Source of the DNA: a virus
Taxonomy: Duplodnaviria; Caudoviricetes
Virus record (IMG/VR): IMGVR_UViG_3300011116_000485
Coordinates: 1 to 41,465 of that record
DNA: 41,465 bases
Reading direction: 5' to 3' (one strand)
Shown here piece after piece: positions 35,009-41,465 of this stretch. Position 1 is the stretch's first letter; every line of letters begins with the position of its first letter. Below the pieces are notes generated by a model. It was given only the letters and a program-made list of their open reading frames with translations, had not been told where the DNA came from and searched no databases. The position numbers and the translations under genes are program-made.

Positions 35009-38000
35009 TTACTTGTTGGGCTTTGACACGCCAAGCAATGGCGCAAGTGGGTTGACTGTTTCGCCTTCGATCAACGCATCGATGCCATCAATGGTGCGAT
35101 TGATTTGAAGCGACGGGATTCCAATCGCATCTCCAAGCAGGTTGATTGCCGACTTGCGGAACGCTCGATCAAATTCACCCTGCCATGCTTGCTGCGCAAA
35201 AGTCTGAATGTCAACCAGTGGACGCAGGCCAGCGGGGCCGCTGTAGGCAAACGACTTGCCACCAGCCACAACCTGCGCGGCCTCCGTCAATTCACGAACC
35301 ATGACCATCGTGCCAAGCAGATACGAGATTTGATCATCACGCAAGCGTCGAGCAAGGTTCTTCCAATACTCTGGATCATCATTGTTGCTTGGAGTTAGAA
35401 CTTCCTTGAGCAATCGACCCAGCACAACTGGAACCACGAACAGCATCAGCATGTCAGCCGCAAACTGGCTGCGCGACTTGGTGTAGCCAGACACCACCGC
35501 TTGGTTGTAAACCGTGTTCATAAAGGAATAGAACACCGTGAACAACTTCTGTGTTTCTGGGCCACGCTCAATAGCGGAAAGATCCTTCAACATGCCGCTG
35601 CCTTGCGAATCAATCACAGCCTGATCAGCAATTGCCCTTGCATCTTCTTCAGTGTGTTCCATCTTGGCCTTTTCGTATGCGGCAAGCCAAGTTGGCACAT
35701 CGACCACGCGCTGCATTTGCATCATCAGGAAATACGAGTGAACCCTCATGCTTCGCAATGCGCCAGTCTGATCGCGAACCAAACCCTTGAGTTCATTGAG
35801 TTCGCGGAACTGCGTTCGCGCACGATTGCGCATGAACTCCGACATTTCCTGAACCATGCGAATGGCTTCGCGTGGGTTGGAAATGAATGCGGCAATACCT
35901 CGACCCATCCATTTTGCGCCGTTAGCAGCGCCATCGTTTCCTCCAACGCGAACAACAGAGTTGGAGAATCCGGTCACCTGACCAACGGCGGACATGACTT
36001 GCAACGCCAATGCGCCAGCAGACACATTTTGTCGGATGAACCTCGCAGCCCTATCCATAGCGCCGTTCAGCAACCTTTCGCCAACCGCAACAGCCTTGAC
36101 CCAGTTGTTGAGTTCGGTCATAAACTCCGGGCCGTAAGCATCTGAAACAGCCTTGTCGAACTTCTTTGAATTCATCAACCGATTGGCATCCATCACCCAT
36201 GTGTGCCAACAAAGGTCGTGAATCACCTCGTTGAATCCGGAATACATGGCATCCGTAGTCAGCAAAATTGGCTGATCGAACACTTCCTTCGCGCGAGTCT
36301 TGACGAAACTTCGGCGAGTAGTGGCCGAAATCGTGTCCGGACGCATCATTCCCTTGGCAGTTGCTTCTTCCGATTGGACATTAGTTCGCAGGCTTGCTCG
36401 CGGGTCGTATCGAATTGGGTAATAGCCGCCACGCATTGTGATGAATTCGCCATTCGATAACTCAAGCGTCATCGGAACAGGCTCAACCCACTTTGGCTCC
36501 TTGCCGTAAATCTCCCGCTCCTTGGCAGCGATCATTGGACGATACGACTCAAAATGATCCCAAATCTTCTGAACTGCTTCCCATTCAGTAGCAGTCAATG
36601 ATTGCAGAACAGGCATGATCTGATCCATTGACCAGCCTTCGCCGTCCAGCAATCGCTGAATGTTGCCCTCGTTGCCCATATTCAGGGCAATCGCAAAGCG
36701 TGCTTCACGATTCAGGCTTCGACCAATGCTGGGATAGAACACTCCAGCGCCACCCATCTTGCCCTGTGCAATAACTGGGGCCATGATTTCCATGAGAACT
36801 TCAGTGGTTCTTGCGCGCATGGAAGTTTCCTTGTCGCCACGCTCGTTTGCGGTGCGAATCAAGTAATCCCAAACAGGCCCAGCATCAACGCCGCCGTCAA
36901 GAATTCTGACGATTGCAGCAGCCTTGAGATGCGCAGCAGCAAAACCCTTGAGCGTAGTAATGCCGCGTCCAAGATCAGTCTGCTCTGTGCGATTGATCTT
37001 GTGGCGACCGCCAGACTTCTCTTCAATGCTGGCGATCATTTCATCGCGCGCTTCATTGAACTGCTCTTTGCGTCGAGCAAGAAGCAACTTGCGCTCGTTC
37101 TTGCCCATGTATTCGATTTCCTTGACGGAATCGATCAGGTCACGCAACTGATTTACGGTCAAGTTGCGGTACGGAACGCGATAGTTCTGCGACGAAACAA
37201 ACTCCGGAATGTCAGGTTCAAGCTCACGCTCGCGAAGCGCAGTAATCCACTTGTCAAAATCTTGAGTTGCAGCAAGTTCTTCCTTGGTCAGGGGACGCAA
37301 TTCAAACTTCGACAGAATTGCGGCAATCTGATCTGCGTTATCAGCGCCCATGCGCTTACGGTTGTCATCCGTAAGGACATTTCGCAAGTATTTCAGACCA
37401 CGCTTCAGTTCTTCAATTACCTCACTTGCTTCCTTGGCCATCTGGTTTTGAACCAGCCGCGCGCGCGTAGAACGCGCCACAATCTCTTCCGGCGTGGCAT
37501 CCCCCCATTTGGCCTTAAAGGCATCAATACGCTCCTGCGCGCTCTTGCGTGCCTGCTCTGCCGCGTTAGAAGCCGCAGCCATGATTTGGTCTGGAGGCAA
37601 TCCCTGATCAGTGGCCTCATTAGCAGCCCTTTGGGCAGCGGACTTGGCCGAAGTCTCGACATCTGGCAATCCGCGATATGCCCTAGCGGCCTCCAAAGCC
37701 GCCCTAGACTCTGCTGCAACAAATTCGCTTGGCCGAAGATCCTTGACGATCTTCTCGCCAATAGCGAGTTTGGCAACGCGCTTGGCCGCTTCAAGCATCA
37801 GTTTGACTGGCTGCTTGATTTTGTTGGTGAATCGCGCTTCAACCGCAATGAACTTTGCGCGAGCCTCGTTGTGAAGGGCACGCTGAATTGCTTCTTCCTT
37901 GCCAGCAGGAGTAAGCATTTCACCAAACTCTGAAACCATGCGCTCGTCAGTGCGCTTTGCAATTTCCTCGCTCATCGGCTTTGCAGAAGTCAGCGCGCGA

Positions 38001-41000
38001 AGCAGTTCATTTCCGCTGCTGAACCCAAACATGTCAGCCGCAGCATCGGGATGAATTCCCTCATCACTTGTGATGCTGTTGGGAATCTTTTCTGGCTCAA
38101 TGTAATTAACGGCTTCCAAAGTCTTGTTGTCAAATCCGGGCTGTCGATCAATGACATCTTGAACACCGTCATTGCTCAAGCGATATCCAGCGGGAGCCTT
38201 GGCAGAACTGCCATCAGCGTTCTTGTATTCCCCAGTACGGAAATATCGCATTGCGCGATACACGGGCAAATCAGCAACCTCTGCTTGAACTTCCTTGCGA
38301 ATCTCGCGCCTTCTGCCCTCATGCTCCGACTGCATTCGACGCAACATTCCGGCGCGGGCATTGGACAGGTATTGCATCTGACGAAGACTGGACTTGGTCA
38401 AATCAGAGATAGAAGCCTGTGTGGCTTCGCGATCCATCTGCTGATATGCAACCCACTCTTCTTCAGTTATTCCCTGCTGCATGGCCTGCTCCTTTGTCTG
38501 AAGCAGTGGCATCATGTTTCTGATTTCTTGAGCGCGGCGGATCTGCTCCGGAGCAGCAAGCATCCGGTCAAAGACTCCGCGAACTTCATCAGTAAGGAAC
38601 GGAAGATCCTTGCCAAACTCGCGGCGATAAATCTTGTTCAGGTCATCGCGAATCGACTTGTAGACGCGAGTAGCCCAAGCAAAGAATCGGTCAAACACGC
38701 CCTGCAATTCCACGCTTGGCGCTCGACCCTCGTATGCATAAATCTCGCCGTTGTATGCCAACTGCTCGTGGTACTGGCGCTGTTCTTCAAGCGACATGGC
38801 ATTCCAATTGGCAAGACGGGATGCCGCATCATCTCCATCGATACCAAACCAAGTCAGCAACTTGTCTACATCTCCAACGATTTCTTCGGAAGCATTTTCC
38901 TGCGAAGCCGCGCTGGACATGATGGAAAAGAAGTGATGCCACATTTCGTGCCACACCGTGTAGATGTCCGACGAACTGTTCAGCATCGCCACGAAGCGCA
39001 TGGGGTCGTACCCGCCACGGCGACCACTCGGCCCTTCAGCAGCCTGCTCAAGTTGCTGACCCTTCTGGGCCTTTTCAGCCTTCTTCAATTCCTTTTTCTT
39101 GCGATCCTGCTCCATCTGTTGAGCGCGACGATCCCGCTCCAGTTTCTGTTCGCGACGAATGGAAGCGGAAAGGCGCTTCTGCGACTTGACCTGCATGTCA
39201 ACAGCAGAGTCGTAGGATTCCGCGACAGTGCCAGTCGTTCCCTGTTCGTGCATGTCAAACGAGTTGGGGTCGTAGACCATGAACGCAACATCGGGTTCGC
39301 CGTTGTTGTAATCCTTGAAAGTCTTCTTGTCCCAGTTTGAAGGCGCTTGTGAATCATCCCACTTAAGTCGAGACACAACCTTGAATCCATGTGCCGCATA
39401 GAACGACGGAAGAATGGTTTCAAACGCATCCAACTTTGATCCGCCAGCAGCAACGGCAAGATCCATAACGGCTCTTCCCATGTTGCTCTTCGGCATACTG
39501 AACACCGAAACAATGTCACCGTCTGGCTTTACTGCAACGCCAGCCTTCCCGTCTTCTGACAGGAACAAGCGCATCTTTTCATAGTCCTCTGCGGGATATA
39601 CATACACCGCAGCGCCAAACCTATTCCCGTCCTTGCTCTCTTTAATTCGCTGCTGAAACAACAATGCACTTTGTGCAGATGGCTCCAGTTCTACAAAGAC
39701 AGGAGCCGCCAAACCGTTGGAACGGTAGACCTGCTTTAGAGACTTCCCGGGAGTCCAAGAATCGATGTAGCGAACATTCAGGCTCTTTAGAAGCCGAAGT
39801 CTTCCGCCATCTCCAGCGCGCTCTGACCTGTAAGACCAAGCACCCGTCGTGCTTGACTTTCGCTGGACGCGAGCGCGGCGGGTTGCAACTGCTCCTGCGA
39901 AGATTCGCTTTTCGCCTTCAGAGAATCCCGCAGGCGCTGCGCGCTTCCCTTCAGATTCATAACGCGCTTGCTCATCTCCAGATTGAATTGCTGCTGCTCT
40001 GTCACGATCTTGCTCCTTCTTGAGTGCTTCGGCAATTCGCGGCTTGCTTACCTTGCGACTTCTCGCAACTGCAACGGCAGCATTCGCGTAATCCGGAGCG
40101 TCTTCGTCAGTATAGCCTTCAACTTCTTCTTCAGTGATATCTTCCTTGGCGCTTTCGTACAGTCTCTTCTCTGCATACCACAGAGCAGCCTGCAAATCCG
40201 CCATGGTTAGATCAGCGTATTCGGGTTGCGACTTGAGTTCCGCAAGCATGTCCGAAAACACCTGACGGATGAATGTTCGCTCACCGGGGCCAGCAGGCGC
40301 TTCCTTTTGACCATCAAGGTATTTGGCCAATCCGTTTCCGGACTTTCGGAACTCTTCAGTCTGATCAATCTCATTGAGCATCGTGCGGACTTTCTTGTCC
40401 ATAGATGCTTCCTGAATTGCAACAGCCAAGTCATCAGCAGCGGTTGCCTGAACATCAATTTTCAGCAGCGCATTGAATTGCGCAATCTGATCAGCAGACA
40501 TTGCTGCAACCGCATTGCGAAGCCTTGTTCGCGCTGTTTCAGTTTGGTTTGGCTGCTCCTTGATAAGAGTGCCAGTCCATCGCCCCCAAGTTCGGATCAG
40601 CCACCGATCCATGGTTAGGCTGCTGAAATTGCCGTACAGATTGCTGAAGAATCCGTTGCCAATCTTGGGGCCAAGAATTGCGGAACCGCGAACTTCCGTT
40701 TCGGCGTGTTCTCCACCCGGCTTCAAATCCTTGGAAATCGAAGAAATCTCTCCAACGGTGTAGTTGGTCTGCATGAACTTCCGAAGATCATCCATGCCCC
40801 ATTCTTTTGCCAACTGATTGAACAGATCAAGCGAGTCGTTGATTGCGTTCTTTGCAGTTCCAATGCCAACATCGGTCGGCATCACCTTGGTCTTCTTGTA
40901 TTGGCGATAAACCTGTTCCGCCAATTCAAAGTTCTTGTCAACCTTCAGGCCGTTTGAAGTAACCGCCATGGCCCAAACAAAAGCAAACTTTGCATTTTCG

Positions 41001-41465
41001 TCAGTTGCGATTTCGGGGTGAATCAAAGCCATGACAGCAAGAGCCTGACGAGTCTTGATGTCGTACCAGCCAACCGCGTTTGGATTCTGCTTGAGCGCAG
41101 TCATCGCATCGCGAAGACCCACGCGAACCAAATACTTGATCGTTTCGGGCGACGGTGAAGACAGGTCAATTCCAGCGGCGCGAGCCTTTTCCAAAACTCG
41201 ACGCTGAAGTTCAACCTTCAAATCTCGACCCTGCCTCCAAACCTTGCTGGAGGCAACCTTGTTTGCCGAATCAAGTACGGCAAGGTCATCAATCTCAACA
41301 GGAACCGGAGGCTGATCAGATGCAGCCACATCGTCCGATTTTGCATCTTCGGCAGCGTCTTCAATGGCTTCTTGATTCAGAATGTTTGGATCAGTCGTTG
41401 ACCAAGTGCCACGGTTGTTGACGGATTTGATTTGCGTGGGATCAAATACCCCGTAAACAGTTCCG
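35009..41465 (-). CDS. C-terminal part of giant ejection/polyvalent protein (full length ~3055 aa, start at 3310)
   Basis: Open frame continues through the terminal overlap. HhH-like region (~40160-41090), GNAT-like (~39265-39630), HEMWH zincin-like (~38640-39030), GGYYPIRYDP and A..AV..SQGSG...L motifs of large ejection proteins. Confidence 0.9.
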   Translation of the reverse strand, partial: GTVYGVFDPTQIKSVNNRGTWSTTDPNILNQEAIEDAAEDAKSDDVAASDQPPVPVEIDDLAVLDSANKVASSKVWRQGRDLKVELQRRVLEKARAAGIDLSSPSPETIKYLVRVGLRDAMTALKQNPNAVGWYDIKTRQALAVMALIHPEIATDENAKFAFVWAMAVTSNGLKVDKNFELAEQVYRQYKKTKVMPTDVGIGTAKNAINDSLDLFNQLAKEWGMDDLRKFMQTNYTVGEISSISKDLKPGGEHAETEVRGSAILGPKIGNGFFSNLYGNFSSLTMDRWLIRTWGRWTGTLIKEQPNQTETARTRLRNAVAAMSADQIAQFNALLKIDVQATAADDLAVAIQEASMDKKVRTMLNEIDQTEEFRKSGNGLAKYLDGQKEAPAGPGERTFIRQVFSDMLAELKSQPEYADLTMADLQAALWYAEKRLYESAKEDITEEEVEGYTDEDAPDYANAAVAVARSRKVSKPRIAEALKKEQDRDRAAAIQSGDEQARYESEGKRAAPAGFSEGEKRIFAGAVATRRARVQRKSSTTGAWSYRSERAGDGGRLRLLKSLNVRYIDSWTPGKSLKQVYRSNGLAAPVFVELEPSAQSALLFQQRIKESKDGNRFGAAVYVYPAEDYEKMRLFLSEDGKAGVAVKPDGDIVSVFSMPKSNMGRAVMDLAVAAGGSKLDAFETILPSFYAAHGFKVVSRLKWDDSQAPSNWDKKTFKDYNNGEPDVAFMVYDPNSFDMHEQGTTGTVAESYDSAVDMQVKSQKRLSASIRREQKLERDRRAQQMEQDRKKKELKKAEKAQKGQQLEQAAEGPSGRRGGYDPMRFVAMLNSSSDIYTVWHEMWHHFFSIMSSAASQENASEEIVGDVDKLLTWFGIDGDDAASRLANWNAMSLEEQRQYHEQLAYNGEIYAYEGRAPSVELQGVFDRFFAWATRVYKSIRDDLNKIYRREFGKDLPFLTDEVRGVFDRMLAAPEQIRRAQEIRNMMPLLQTKEQAMQQGITEEEWVAYQQMDREATQASISDLTKSSLRQMQYLSNARAGMLRRMQSEHEGRRREIRKEVQAEVADLPVYRAMRYFRTGEYKNADGSSAKAPAGYRLSNDGVQDVIDRQPGFDNKTLEAVNYIEPEKIPNSITSDEGIHPDAAADMFGFSSGNELLRALTSAKPMSEEIAKRTDERMVSEFGEMLTPAGKEEAIQRALHNEARAKFIAVEARFTNKIKQPVKLMLEAAKRVAKLAIGEKIVKDLRPSEFVAAESRAALEAARAYRGLPDVETSAKSAAQRAANEATDQGLPPDQIMAAASNAAEQARKSAQERIDAFKAKWGDATPEEIVARSTRARLVQNQMAKEASEVIEELKRGLKYLRNVLTDDNRKRMGADNADQIAAILSKFELRPLTKEELAATQDFDKWITALRERELEPDIPEFVSSQNYRVPYRNLTVNQLRDLIDSVKEIEYMGKNERKLLLARRKEQFNEARDEMIASIEEKSGGRHKINRTEQTDLGRGITTLKGFAAAHLKAAAIVRILDGGVDAGPVWDYLIRTANERGDKETSMRARTTEVLMEIMAPVIAQGKMGGAGVFYPSIGRSLNREARFAIALNMGNEGNIQRLLDGEGWSMDQIMPVLQSLTATEWEAVQKIWDHFESYRPMIAAKEREIYGKEPKWVEPVPMTLELSNGEFITMRGGYYPIRYDPRASLRTNVQSEEATAKGMMRPDTISATTRRSFVKTRAKEVFDQPILLTTDAMYSGFNEVIHDLCWHTWVMDANRLMNSKKFDKAVSDAYGPEFMTELNNWVKAVAVGERLLNGAMDRAARFIRQNVSAGALALQVMSAVGQVTGFSNSVVRVGGNDGAANGAKWMGRGIAAFISNPREAIRMVQEMSEFMRNRARTQFRELNELKGLVRDQTGALRSMRVHSYFLMMQMQRVVDVPTWLAAYEKAKMEHTEEDARAIADQAVIDSQGSGMLKDLSAIERGPETQKLFTVFYSFMNTVYNQAVVSGYTKSRSQFAADMLMLFVVPVVLGRLLKEVLTPSNNDDPEYWKNLARRLRDDQISYLLGTMVMVRELTEAAQVVAGGKSFAYSGPAGLRPLVDIQTFAQQAWQGEFDRAFRKSAINLLGDAIGIPSLQINRTIDGIDALIEGETVNPLAPLLGVSKPNK
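40867..41465. repeat. Terminal redundancy, right copy
   Basis: Matches 1-599 with 7 substitutions. Confidence 0.97.

Noticed and set aside
36929-39340. 334-aa and 429-aa plus-strand ORFs inside the giant gene
   Set aside because: Antisense shadows with no protein-like motifs.
40867-41465. T7-like direct terminal repeat
   Set aside because: The overlap lies mid-CDS and the copies differ by SNPs; better explained as assembly circularisation than as a physical terminal repeat.
1-41465. tRNA/rRNA genes, DNA or RNA polymerase, specific host assignment
   Set aside because: None recognisable by eye; the host cannot be determined from the sequence alone beyond a probably diderm bacterium.

Overview
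Apparently complete, circularly assembled dsDNA podovirus genome of about 40,866 bp. Bases 1-599 reappear at 40867-41465 with 7 third-codon-position differences. Gene order resembles BPP-1/epsilon15-like podoviruses. The minus-strand morphogenesis arm runs TerS, TerL, cupin-SET fusion, portal, an accessory block (metallophosphoesterase, HExxH protein, ferritin/Dps-like protein, head spike base and head fibre), Bbp19-like protein, scaffold, major capsid, cement, adaptor, nozzle, three ejection proteins, two tail spikes/fibres and a membrane lysis cassette. There is a lambdoid-style replication block (Cro-like, RusA-like, SSB-like, initiator with internal iterons) and two plus-strand early islands (DUF932; YqaJ-RecT-HTH). 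I saw no integrase, CI, DNA polymerase, RT/DGR, tRNA or CRISPR. Highlights: (1) a ~3055-aa ejection protein split by the contig ends, carrying ART-PolyVal, HhH-like, GNAT-like and HExxH domains; (2) a cupin-SET methyltransferase fusion behind its own late promoter; (3) a stand-alone i-type (destabilase-like) lysozyme whose start overlaps copies of the putative origin iterons; (4) two recurring promoter classes (TTGCAY-N16-TATnnT and GGTATCCRTA-N17-TAnnnT); (5) a probable tailspike deletion scar; (6) twin 50-nt hairpins bracketing an early gene. All family assignments come from motif recognition by eye, not from database searches.
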